Of a stretch of 64,000 nucleotides of DNA, positions 18,454 through 26,610 are shown one piece after another (position 1 is the first letter of the stretch; each line of letters opens with the position of its first letter). The stretch is from an uncultured Verrucomicrobiae bacterium (GTDB lineage Bacteria; Verrucomicrobiota; Verrucomicrobiia; Limisphaerales; UBA11358). Location: contig CAWDIX010000002.1 in NCBI GenBank assembly GCA_963802515.1, positions 566,857-630,856 on the forward strand, written 5' to 3'. The notes below the pieces were generated by a model. It was given only the letters and a program-made list of their open reading frames with translations, was not told the origin of the DNA and made no database searches. The position numbers and the translations under genes are program-made.

Positions 18454-19193
18454 ACCTGCCCATGCCAATTTACTCCGGGACCATCCCGCGCGGCGACCTC
18501 ACGCCAGCGCAGGTCGGAGAAATGTTCGAGTTGTTTGCCGGGCATTTCGACGGCGTGACGAAAGCACAATTCACACGCGACCTGGCAGAAAAGCACCGGG
18601 TCATTTTACTTTTGCGCGGCAATCGGCTCGTGGGCTTCTCAACCCTGTTGGCTTACACCGCCACGTTCGAGGGTGAATCGCTCAATGTGATTTATTCCGG
18701 CGACACCATCGTTGCGCCGGAGGCGTGGGGCACCATGGCGTTACCACGGGCATGGATTGCCGCCGTCAACGAGTGGCGTGAGGAATTGCCGGAAGGCCGC
18801 TGCTTCTGGCTGCTGCTCACGTCGGGTTTCCGAACGTACCGGTTCCTGCCGGTGTTCTGGCGCGAATTCTTTCCACGCTACGACAAACCATTGCCGATTC
18901 AAACGCGGCGCCTGCTGAACCAATTGTCGCAGGAGCGTTTCGGTTCGCAATTCGATTTGTCGGCAGGCATCGTCAGATTCAGTTCGCCCCAGCGACTGCG
19001 TTCGAATTTGCGGGATATTCCAAACGGGCGGGAGCGCGATTCGCACATCGCTTTTTTCCTCGCAACCAATCCCGGTCACGTCCGGGGCGATGAATTGGTA
19101 TGCCTTACCGAACTTTGTGACGAAAATTTGACGCGCGCCGGCAGGCGGATGATTGAACCCCGATACCATGAAACTCTCTGCGGTCATTGCTAA
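18450..19193 (+). CDS. GNAT-like acyltransferase-fold protein, function unknown
   Basis: ATGA overlap with the previous stop. LLRGNRLVGFSTL...GDTIVAPEAWGTMALPRAWI resembles GNAT motif A. The call is tentative. Confidence 0.55.
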   Translation: MNLPMPIYSGTIPRGDLTPAQVGEMFELFAGHFDGVTKAQFTRDLAEKHRVILLLRGNRLVGFSTLLAYTATFEGESLNVIYSGDTIVAPEAWGTMALPRAWIAAVNEWREELPEGRCFWLLLTSGFRTYRFLPVFWREFFPRYDKPLPIQTRRLLNQLSQERFGSQFDLSAGIVRFSSPQRLRSNLRDIPNGRERDSHIAFFLATNPGHVRGDELVCLTELCDENLTRAGRRMIEPRYHETLCGHC

Positions 19194-20793
19194 CTCGTTG
19201 TGGGCGGCCTCTACCGTTCCGGCGTTGATGCGGTTTCGCCGGGCATTGAACCGGCCGGCTGATACGCAATTGCAATTGCTGCGCGATTATCTGGCGCGAA
19301 ATGCCGACTCCGCTTACGGCGAGGCTCATGGCTTCGGTAGTATCCATTCCTACGACGATTTTGCCCGGTGCATTCCGCTTACGGATTACGATGACCTCGC
19401 GCCATGGATTGAGCGCGTCCGCAAGGGGGAGCAAAATGTGCTGACCAGCGATGTGGTAACGCGTTTGATTCCGACCAGTGGCTCGACCGGCGCACGAAAA
19501 CTCATTCCCTTCACCACAAGTTTGCAGCGTGAATTCAACCGCGCCATCGGGCCTTGGGTTGCGGATATTTACCGGCAGCATCCATTCGCGATGGCAGGTC
19601 CGGCATATTGGTCAATTTCGCCGGCCCTCCAGTCCCGGAGTGCCGCATCGTCGGCCCTGCCCATTGGCTTTGAAGATGACGCAGCCTATGTCGGCGGCCG
19701 AAGCAAACGACTCGTGGAGTCGGTGATGGCCGTGCCCTCCGAACTGCAGTTGGTTGCCGACATCGATCAATTTCGGTATCTGACCTTGCTTTGCCTGCTG
19801 CGACAACGCGGCTTGTGCCTGATTTCCGTCTGGCATCCATCGTTCTGGTCGCTCTTGCTGGATGCTCTGCCGGATTGCTGGGAATATTTATTGGGTGACA
19901 TTCAGAAAGGCAACTGTCGATTTTCGGATTCGTTGCCAGTAACGGTTTTGCGCGCATTGAAACTGCGCCCGATGCCAAAACGTGCCGGGCAGTTGGAAAA
20001 TGCTGGCCCATCTAAACCCGACTCCATTTGGCCTTCATTAAAAATCATCAGTTGTTGGGGGGACGGAAATGCCGAATTTGCAATCACTGACCTGCAACGT
20101 CGCTTTCCAAACACACCGGTTCAGCGCAAAGGCTTGATCGCCACCGAAGCTATTGTGTCCATTCCTTTTCTCGATTCGCGACCGCTCGCCGTGTGTTCTC
20201 ACTTTTTTGAATTCATTGATAGCACAGGTGGGATTCACCTCGCTCACGAATTGAAAAAGGACGAAACGTATGAAATCGCCGTAACCACAGGCGGAGGGCT
20301 TTGGCGCTACCGTTTGCGCGACGAGGTTCAAGTGACAGGATTCTCAGGACAAACGCCGTCGCTGCGGTTCCTTGGCCGAAAGGGACAGGTTTCGGATCGT
20401 TTTGGGGAGAAACTTTCTGAGATTTTCGTTGTGAAAGTGGTCCAGGAGCTTTTGTTAAATGTGTCCGCTCCGCCTTGTTTCGTATTGCTTGCACCCGACG
20501 AAAATCATTCAGGGTGTTGTTATACCCTCTATGTTGAGGGCGAGGTTCAACGAGACCTTGCGGCGCCTTTGGATGATTTATTGATGAGGAACCCGCATTA
20601 CGCCTGGTGCAGAAAGCTCGGCCAGTTGCAACCGCCACGGCTCTTTCGCATGAAGGCTGGCGGCAACAAGACTTTCATTGCCCACGAAATCTCCGAGGGC
20701 AAACGAGCCGGAGATATCAAACCATGTGCGCTTTCTCTTCAGGCCGGATGGTCACAGCGTTTCGCAGGAGATTATATTCAACCACCGTCATAG
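19168..20793 (+). CDS. GH3-family adenylate-forming amido synthetase-like protein
   Basis: LIPTSGSTGARKLIPFT (the ANL/GH3 P-loop-like motif), with length and N-terminal pattern typical of bacterial GH3 proteins. The track start at 19153 is a TTG; the ATG at 19168 is preferred. Confidence 0.8.
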   Translation: MKLSAVIANSLWAASTVPALMRFRRALNRPADTQLQLLRDYLARNADSAYGEAHGFGSIHSYDDFARCIPLTDYDDLAPWIERVRKGEQNVLTSDVVTRLIPTSGSTGARKLIPFTTSLQREFNRAIGPWVADIYRQHPFAMAGPAYWSISPALQSRSAASSALPIGFEDDAAYVGGRSKRLVESVMAVPSELQLVADIDQFRYLTLLCLLRQRGLCLISVWHPSFWSLLLDALPDCWEYLLGDIQKGNCRFSDSLPVTVLRALKLRPMPKRAGQLENAGPSKPDSIWPSLKIISCWGDGNAEFAITDLQRRFPNTPVQRKGLIATEAIVSIPFLDSRPLAVCSHFFEFIDSTGGIHLAHELKKDETYEIAVTTGGGLWRYRLRDEVQVTGFSGQTPSLRFLGRKGQVSDRFGEKLSEIFVVKVVQELLLNVSAPPCFVLLAPDENHSGCCYTLYVEGEVQRDLAAPLDDLLMRNPHYAWCRKLGQLQPPRLFRMKAGGNKTFIAHEISEGKRAGDIKPCALSLQAGWSQRFAGDYIQPPS

Positions 20794-21062
20794 GCCGCAG
20801 CCTGCGACCACATCGGCGACGCTGAAGTGCTGCAAATCCTGAACAATTTACCAACGCCAAAAGCGTCTCAAAAGCGCCCACTCCCTCACGCCGCGCGGAG
20901 CTGCACGTTCCACATCTGTTGACTTCGCCGGGAAACATGCATATTTCCCGGTGAAATTGACCTCGTGACCGTCTTCAACCCAGAGGATCACGCGTTCGAT
21001 TCGCGCCCGGCGCCTCACTCTTCCATTTACGATTGGCGATTGGCGATTTACGATTGTCCGTC

Positions 21063-21950
21063 ATGCTGACACTGGAACAACTGGCTGAACTGCTGGCGAA
21101 AAATCGCGCCGCCGCGACCGCGCGCGTGAAAGAATTTTCCATCGGCGACCGATCGTTCGCTTTTAATGCGCAGCCGGCCATTATGGGTGTCGTCAATCTG
21201 TCGCCCGATTCCTGGTACCGCGAAAGCGTCTGCCTGACAGTCGAAGCGGCGGTCCAGCGCGGCAGGGTTTTGATCGCGCAAGGCGCGGACATCGTGGACG
21301 TCGGCGCGGAGTCCACCCTCGCCCACGCCGCGCGCGTGGAGGATGCCGCTCAAAACAGCAAACTGGTTCCCGTCATCAGGGAATTGCGCCAAGGCAGCAT
21401 CCTGGTCTCGGTCGAATCCTATTCATTCGCCGTCACCCGCGCGTGTTTTGAGGCGGGCGCGAACATCCTGAATCTCACGGGCACGGACGGCAGCGATGAA
21501 TTGTATCGCCTCGTGGCCGCCCATGACGCGGCGGTGATTATTTGTTACGTTCAGGGCAAAAACGTCCGCGAAGTCGGCGATTTCGATTTCAGCGCCGATC
21601 CGATCGAAATGATGCGGGAATATTTTGCGCGACAAATTGAGATTGCGCAGCGCCACGGCGTGGAGAGAATTGTTCTGGATCCCGGCCTCGGCTTTTACTA
21701 CCGCAACTTGCAGGACAGCGGCATCCGCGTGCGGCATCAAATGACCGTTTTCCTGAACACGTTCCGTCTGCGGACACTCGGTTTCCCGATCTGCCATGCC
21801 CTGCCCCATGCGTTTGAGTTTTTCCGCGATGAAGTCCGTTGCGCCGAGCCGTTTTTTGCCGTGCTGGCCGCGCTGGGCAAAACGGACCTGTTCCGCACCC
21901 ACGAAGTTCCGCGCATCAAAGCCGTGCTGGACACGATGAAGGCGTTTTAA
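21063..21950 (+). CDS. pterin-binding (dihydropteroate synthase-like) domain protein
   Basis: IMGVVNLSPDSWYRES...AQGADIVDVGAESTL...LDPGLGF matches the DHPS/pterin-binding barrel pattern. The track start at 21033 is a TTG inside a short tandem repeat; the ATG at 21063 is preferred. Confidence 0.7.
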   Translation: MLTLEQLAELLAKNRAAATARVKEFSIGDRSFAFNAQPAIMGVVNLSPDSWYRESVCLTVEAAVQRGRVLIAQGADIVDVGAESTLAHAARVEDAAQNSKLVPVIRELRQGSILVSVESYSFAVTRACFEAGANILNLTGTDGSDELYRLVAAHDAAVIICYVQGKNVREVGDFDFSADPIEMMREYFARQIEIAQRHGVERIVLDPGLGFYYRNLQDSGIRVRHQMTVFLNTFRLRTLGFPICHALPHAFEFFRDEVRCAEPFFAVLAALGKTDLFRTHEVPRIKAVLDTMKAF

Positions 21951-21952
21951 TC

Positions 21953-22023
21953 CGTAGCGGCGTCTCCGCAGAGCACCGCACTCGAAAAAGAATTCAGCGT
22001 GGCGCTGTCGAACCGCCGCTACG
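21953..22023. repeat. palindromic element, family P2 (CGTAGCGGCG ... CGCCGCTACG)
   Basis: The arms cgtagcggcgtctccgcagagcaccgc and gtggcgctgtcgaaccgccgctacg flank an AT-rich centre. The element is related to the one at 52274-52347. Its right arm encodes the last codons and the stop of the minus-strand methyltransferase gene. Confidence 0.7.
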
Positions 22024-22998
22024 ATGCACAAGGAAAACGCCCTCCTCTTCGGATTTGGCAACCCACTGCCCGCACACTTCCAAACCGTGCCGGGCGAGGG
22101 CCACCTGAACCCGCTCCGGCGTGTAACGGTACGAAAAGAAAAGCCGGATGACTTCGCCACGCCGAAATCCAAAATCCTCGCCGTCAACCTCAATCCGGCG
22201 CGCACGGACGAAATGAAACCCCGCTGCTATGCATTTCAGGCCGCTGGTTGTGTCCGTTTCGATTTTGAAACGCAACGCGCCGTCGCCGCACTCGACGCCC
22301 AGATCGAGCAGAAAGGTCATCAGCCAGTCGCGCGTGAGCGGGTTGTCGTATTGCGGCAAGACCTTTTCCACCCCGGCGGCGTAATTTTTGGCCGGCGCCA
22401 GGTTCGCGCTGAACAACAGAAAATCCTTTGGACGAACCAGCGATGCCAGTTTCGGCAAAATCTGCTTCGGCTCAAAGTTTGGAATCATGCCGAAAAAAGT
22501 GACGATGCGTAGGGCGTGGGCCGTGACGCGGGAATCGAGGACAGCGCGCAAGTCATCCGTTGTGGCCAGGTCACAGACGAAGGGAAAACAATGCCTCTCC
22601 GGCACGACTGCCAGGGCGGTCTGCCGTGCAGTCAAAACCATCGCCGAGCTGACATCGCACGGCGTATAGAAAACTTCCCTGCCGCGCGACCGCAACGATT
22701 TCAACAGGCGCGCATCCTTTTGTCCGCCGCCACAACCGAGACCGATGACATGGACGCTCTGTTTTTTGACCCGGGCGGTAGCCGCCGCGAAACCTTTTTC
22801 ATACACCGCCTGACAATCCGCGTCATTCCGTGCCGGCGAGTAAGCCTGGTGCAGCGCCAGCCATTTTTGCGTTTGCCTGACGCTGTCGTAATGAAACTTG
22901 TGGTTCACCCGCCGCGTGCGGAGCGATTCCAGCAAATCGCGGCGAACCGCATCAGGAAACTGGCTGGGGTGAATTGTGACTGTGGCCATATCGGACAT
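21994..22998 (-). CDS. EgtD-like (Methyltransf_33-type) SAM-dependent methyltransferase
   Basis: KFHYDSVRQTQKWLAL...VIGLGCGGGQKDARLL...YTPCDVSSAMV...FFGMIPNFEP parallels the EgtD pattern as I recall it. The track start at 23013 is a GTG; the ATG at 22998 is preferred. Confidence 0.65.
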   Translation of the reverse strand: MSDMATVTIHPSQFPDAVRRDLLESLRTRRVNHKFHYDSVRQTQKWLALHQAYSPARNDADCQAVYEKGFAAATARVKKQSVHVIGLGCGGGQKDARLLKSLRSRGREVFYTPCDVSSAMVLTARQTALAVVPERHCFPFVCDLATTDDLRAVLDSRVTAHALRIVTFFGMIPNFEPKQILPKLASLVRPKDFLLFSANLAPAKNYAAGVEKVLPQYDNPLTRDWLMTFLLDLGVECGDGALRFKIETDTTSGLKCIAAGFHFVRARRIEVDGEDFGFRRGEVIRLFFSYRYTPERVQVALARHGLEVCGQWVAKSEEEGVFLVHRSGGSTAPR

Positions 22999-23021
22999 TG
23001 GGAGTTTCCTCACGGTGGCGA

Positions 23022-23471
23022 CTACGGTTTAATTTGCGGGAAAATTTGATAGAGCAACAGATAAACCACCACGCCGGTCACCGAAACATACATCCACAAC
23101 GGCCAGGTCCAGCGGGCGATTTGTTTGTGAAGCTCGAATCGCTGCAGCCGCGCGCGGTTCAGCGTCACCAGAATCATCGGCACGATGACAACCGCCAGCA
23201 CGGTGTGGGTCAGCAGAATCGCCAGGTAAATCGGGCGGAACCACGCCGGATCCAAAAACCGCGTCGGTCCTTGATGCAAAACAGCGGCGAGATAGCCGTG
23301 GTAAGTCAGGTAACATGCCAGGAAAATAATCGAGGTCACAAACGCCGCCATCATGCAGTTGCGGTGCGCAATTTTGTTCTTTCGACGAATAAAAACGAAG
23401 CCGGCGGTCAGGAAGACCGCGCTCAGGCCATTGAGCGAGGCGTTGACGGCGGGCAGACTGTGGAGGCTCAT
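23022..23471 (-). CDS. DUF420 (CtaM-like) membrane protein
   Basis: The ATG at 23471 forms an ATGA overlap with the SCO stop. LPAVNASLNGLSAVFLTAGFVFIRRKNKIAHRNCMMAAF is a typical DUF420 start, followed by four TM segments. Confidence 0.8.
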   Translation of the reverse strand: MSLHSLPAVNASLNGLSAVFLTAGFVFIRRKNKIAHRNCMMAAFVTSIIFLACYLTYHGYLAAVLHQGPTRFLDPAWFRPIYLAILLTHTVLAVVIVPMILVTLNRARLQRFELHKQIARWTWPLWMYVSVTGVVVYLLLYQIFPQIKP

Positions 23472-24124
23472 CGCTCGCGCTCCAATTGGCGCACGGTGAC
23501 GACGATGCGCGCCCGGACATTGCCCCATTCGATGCCATCGCCTTCAGTTTCAAAAATGGCGCGCAAGCGCGCGTGTTTGTCCACGGCGACAAAAATCGTG
23601 GTGTGGATGAACAAATCGGCGGAATTTGTCTGGTCTTCGGGTTTCACCGGAACGGCGCCAAGTTTCAAACTGCTGCCCGCCAGGCCGGCGATTTCCGCCT
23701 TGGTCCCGGTCAAAAATTTCCAGCGATTGAAGTTCGCGCCGAAACGTTCGCCGTACTTTTTCATCACCGGCGGCGTGTCATAATCGGGATCGGTGGTGAG
23801 CGTCACCAGTTTCGCCCGGTTCGCCGGCGGCAGCTCGTCCTGCAATGATTTCATCTGCGCCGTCATGATCGGGCACGGCCCGGCGCAACGGGTGAAGATG
23901 ATGTCGGCGATCCAGACGTGATTGGTCAAATCGGCGAGCGTAACGGTCTGGCCGTCCTGATTGGTGAGCGTAAAGTCGGCAACGTGGCCGAGCATGGGCA
24001 ACGGGCGCCGTTGCGTGCCGCTCAGTTCCGACAGCGAGAGCACATAGGCGACGCACAGCAGGGCGAGAAACAGCAGAATGCCGATCCAAAGCGTCCGCGG
24101 GAGCCGTTGAGAAACATCGTCCAT
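23468..24124 (-). CDS. SCO1/SenC-family copper chaperone (thioredoxin fold)
   Basis: TM anchor, then IIFTRCAGPCPIMT (CxxxC) and ...IHTTIFVAVD. The ATG at 24124 is preferred over the TTG at 24163. Confidence 0.85.
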   Translation of the reverse strand: MDDVSQRLPRTLWIGILLFLALLCVAYVLSLSELSGTQRRPLPMLGHVADFTLTNQDGQTVTLADLTNHVWIADIIFTRCAGPCPIMTAQMKSLQDELPPANRAKLVTLTTDPDYDTPPVMKKYGERFGANFNRWKFLTGTKAEIAGLAGSSLKLGAVPVKPEDQTNSADLFIHTTIFVAVDKHARLRAIFETEGDGIEWGNVRARIVVTVRQLERER

Positions 24125-24165
24125 GCCCGGTGCAATTTGGTCACACGCACACCGGCGCGTCAAAT

Positions 24166-24933
24166 TTATTCAAAACTGGTGGCCGCGCCGCTCTTGGACT
24201 TCAGCCATTTGTCGAAATCCGCCTGGCTTTCGACGGTCAGAAAGCCGCCCGACATGGCGGAATGCCCGTTGCCACAAAGCTGCGCGCAGTTGACCTGATA
24301 GCGGCCGATTTTCGTGGGCGTGAACCAGCAAGGAATCCGCAGACCGGGAATCGCGTCCTGACAGACGCGCATGGCCACGACCTTGAAGGAATGGATCACG
24401 TCCTTGGAACTGACATAGACGATGACGGGTTTATTGACCGGAACATGGATATCATTGACCGTTTGGAGGTCGTCCTTGCCTTTCGGGTCGGACGGGTCCA
24501 CGCCAAAAACGTTTGTGTCGCTGATAAATTTCATGTCCTGCTTTCCGAAAACACCGTCCGGACCGGCGTAGCGGATGTTCCAGTTGAATTGCTGGGCCAT
24601 CACGTAGATGACCGTGGAGTCCTTTGCGTCCGGGAAATGGTCCACGGCCCTGGCCCAGACCGGAATGGCCACTCCCACCAGCAGCACGGCTTCGGCAACG
24701 ACGACGCCCAGTTCAATATAGTTGGACGCATGATTTTTGACGCCGTGGTAATTGGCCTTGGGATTGCGCGCGGCGCGGAACCGCCAGACCGCGTAACCGA
24801 AATAAATCAGCCAGCCGATAAACAACGCTATCATCAGCCAATGGACATAAACAATCAGGGCATCAACCGCCTCGCCGTTTTTGGAGGCCAGCTCGGGCAT
24901 GCCGAGGACATGATTGGCAAACCACTCGGTCAT
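24166..24933 (-). CDS. coxB: cytochrome c oxidase subunit II
   Basis: Two N-terminal TM helices, then a cupredoxin domain with CuA motif HSF...CAQLCGNGHSAM. The ATG at 24933 forms an ATGA overlap with the upstream small ORF. Confidence 0.9.
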   Translation of the reverse strand: MTEWFANHVLGMPELASKNGEAVDALIVYVHWLMIALFIGWLIYFGYAVWRFRAARNPKANYHGVKNHASNYIELGVVVAEAVLLVGVAIPVWARAVDHFPDAKDSTVIYVMAQQFNWNIRYAGPDGVFGKQDMKFISDTNVFGVDPSDPKGKDDLQTVNDIHVPVNKPVIVYVSSKDVIHSFKVVAMRVCQDAIPGLRIPCWFTPTKIGRYQVNCAQLCGNGHSAMSGGFLTVESQADFDKWLKSKSGAATSFE

Positions 24934-25187
24934 ACGCCGGAGGGATTTTTCGGGGCCGGATTGTTGTCGTTTTGCGCCTTCTCGCCCCGGACGACGTGGA
25001 CGAAGAACAGCGCGATACACGTCAACACGGTCAAGATGACACCGAGCAGGGTAAAGATGCCCCAGTTCATGCCGATGGCCAGGGGCGAATCGGACTTGCC
25101 GTAGCACGCCGCGCAGGCGAACAACGGCGAAGGCGCAAGCGCCGCCAGCACGACAGTGGCAACCATTGTTTTGCGGAATGTTTTCAT
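24930..25187 (-). CDS. small membrane protein (signal peptide, CAAC motif, one TM)
   Basis: The ATG at 25187 gives MKTFRKTMVATVVLAALAPSPLFACAACYGKSD...IFTLLGVILTVLTCIALFF. It is translationally coupled to coxB. The upstream part of the track ORF is translation of a repeat. Confidence 0.5.
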   Translation of the reverse strand: MKTFRKTMVATVVLAALAPSPLFACAACYGKSDSPLAIGMNWGIFTLLGVILTVLTCIALFFVHVVRGEKAQNDNNPAPKNPSGV

Positions 25188-25206
25188 AGGTAACAATGCC
25201 TTTTGA

Positions 25207-25255
25207 GTTTGGAGTTCCGCGTTTACGCGGTCCGCCTGAAGGCGGGACTCCAAAC
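25207..25255. repeat. palindromic element, family P1 (outer stem GTTTGGAGT/ACTCCAAAC enclosing two GC hairpins)
   Basis: gtttggagt-tccgcgtttacgcgg-tccgcctgaaggcggg-actccaaac. It is intergenic, inside the oxidase gene string. Confidence 0.85.
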
Positions 25256-25262
25256 TGTCATT

Positions 25263-25448
25263 TCATAGGTAGCTGATTTTTTTCAGTTTCTTCAAAAAAT
25301 AAATTCCATAGACAATGACCAGGATGCCGGCAGTGATTCCGAGCGTTCCGAACAACGGCCGTCCCACGGCAAATCCCCACGCCGCGCAGCCGAACGACAG
25401 CGTCGTCAGCAGCGTCACGAAAATGAGATGGAAGGCCTTCAGCGACAT
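25263..25448 (-). CDS. small two-TM membrane protein
   Basis: 61 aa: MSLKAFHLIFVTLLTTLSFGCAAWGF...ITAGILVIVYGIYFL. It starts 2 nt after the upstream stop. Its position in the oxidase operon supports it weakly. Confidence 0.45.
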   Translation of the reverse strand: MSLKAFHLIFVTLLTTLSFGCAAWGFAVGRPLFGTLGITAGILVIVYGIYFLKKLKKISYL

Positions 25449-25449
25449 A

Positions 25450-25824
25450 TCAATGGGTTGTGCCCGTCGGAAAATCCTGCATGGCGTAAATCGTCAGCCA
25501 CATCAGGGCCGCGGCGAAAAACACGGTGAAACTGAGCACGGTGTAAATCATTTTCTTTTCCGAAATCAAGTGCATGAGAAAGCCGGCCACGACGAAGGCG
25601 TTGCAGCAGGCGACCGCCAGAATCAGCCCCACCTTCACCGGCCAACTGAAGCGCTCCTGCGGCAGATACGACGCCCAAATCATCAACGACACGGCGCAGA
25701 GGACCGCTATGAAAACGTAAACGCAGGTGCGGATGTAAGTTTTCAACTCAACCGGATGTTCGCGCAACACCGATTCACCCGTGAATGGCGCGTTGTGCTG
25801 ATTGGCCGTTTTCATTTCGCTCAT
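25450..25824 (-). CDS. cytochrome oxidase subunit IV-like membrane protein
   Basis: 124 aa with three TM segments, immediately downstream of subunit III. The pattern HPVELKTYIRTCVYVFIAVL resembles prokaryotic COX4. Confidence 0.65.
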   Translation of the reverse strand: MSEMKTANQHNAPFTGESVLREHPVELKTYIRTCVYVFIAVLCAVSLMIWASYLPQERFSWPVKVGLILAVACCNAFVVAGFLMHLISEKKMIYTVLSFTVFFAAALMWLTIYAMQDFPTGTTH

Positions 25825-25833
25825 AAAGTATTT

Positions 25834-26601
25834 TCAGGTCAAATATAAGACCGGAAACAAAAAGATCCAGACCAGGTCCACGAAATGCCAGAACAGGCCG
25901 GAAACCTCGACGCGATTGGTGAACTGTTCGGGGTTGGTCTTCCAGAGCCGCCGGCCCGGCCCCCACAGGTAGCCGATGACGATGCTGCCGCCGAGGATGT
26001 GCAGCGCGTGCAGGCCGGTGAGTGTGAAGTAAAGCGCCAGATACGTGTTGTGCCACGGACCGTAATTTTCCATGGACTTGATTTGCGAGCGCGGGATTTT
26101 GATTTCGTCGCGCGGGATGTTCTGCTGCGCGCGCAAATCGTAAAGCTGGCTCTCGTCGTTCACGTAGCGGCCCTCGATTGTCACGGAGTCGGCGTCGCTG
26201 GCAATCATGTGCCCGTCGGCAATGCGGCCGTCGGTGAGCTTGATTTCGTAGTGAATCCACTTGTCGTGGTACTCGTAGCCTTTGATGCACAAAAACGACA
26301 GCGCCAGCAACAGCGTGCAGGCGTGGAAAAACTTGAATTTGCCGAAGTCGCGGACTTTGCAGGCCGCCCACGCGAGCAGTGTCGTGATGGCCGAAAGCGC
26401 GAGGATGATGGTATTGGCGGTGCCGAGGCGGACGTTGAGCCAGCCGTGCGGCCATTGGTCGGCGCCGACACGCAACAGCACGTAGCCGGAAAACAAGGCG
26501 CCGAAGAGCATGACTTCAGACGCCAGAAACAGCCAGATGCCCATCTTGGCATTGTAAACGCCCGTGTCGGGCCGCGCATGAATAGCGTAGGGTATTTCCA
26601 T
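25834..26601 (-). CDS. coxC: cytochrome c oxidase subunit III (with a hydrophilic insertion of about 60 aa)
   Basis: WLFLASEVMLFGALFSGY...YFTLTGLHALHILGG...SGLFWHFVDLVWIFLFPVLYL. The segment EIKLTDGRIADGHMIASDADSVTIEGRYVNDE... lies between the conserved blocks. Confidence 0.88.
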   Translation of the reverse strand: MEIPYAIHARPDTGVYNAKMGIWLFLASEVMLFGALFSGYVLLRVGADQWPHGWLNVRLGTANTIILALSAITTLLAWAACKVRDFGKFKFFHACTLLLALSFLCIKGYEYHDKWIHYEIKLTDGRIADGHMIASDADSVTIEGRYVNDESQLYDLRAQQNIPRDEIKIPRSQIKSMENYGPWHNTYLALYFTLTGLHALHILGGSIVIGYLWGPGRRLWKTNPEQFTNRVEVSGLFWHFVDLVWIFLFPVLYLT

Positions 26602-26610
26602 GAAAAAGGT

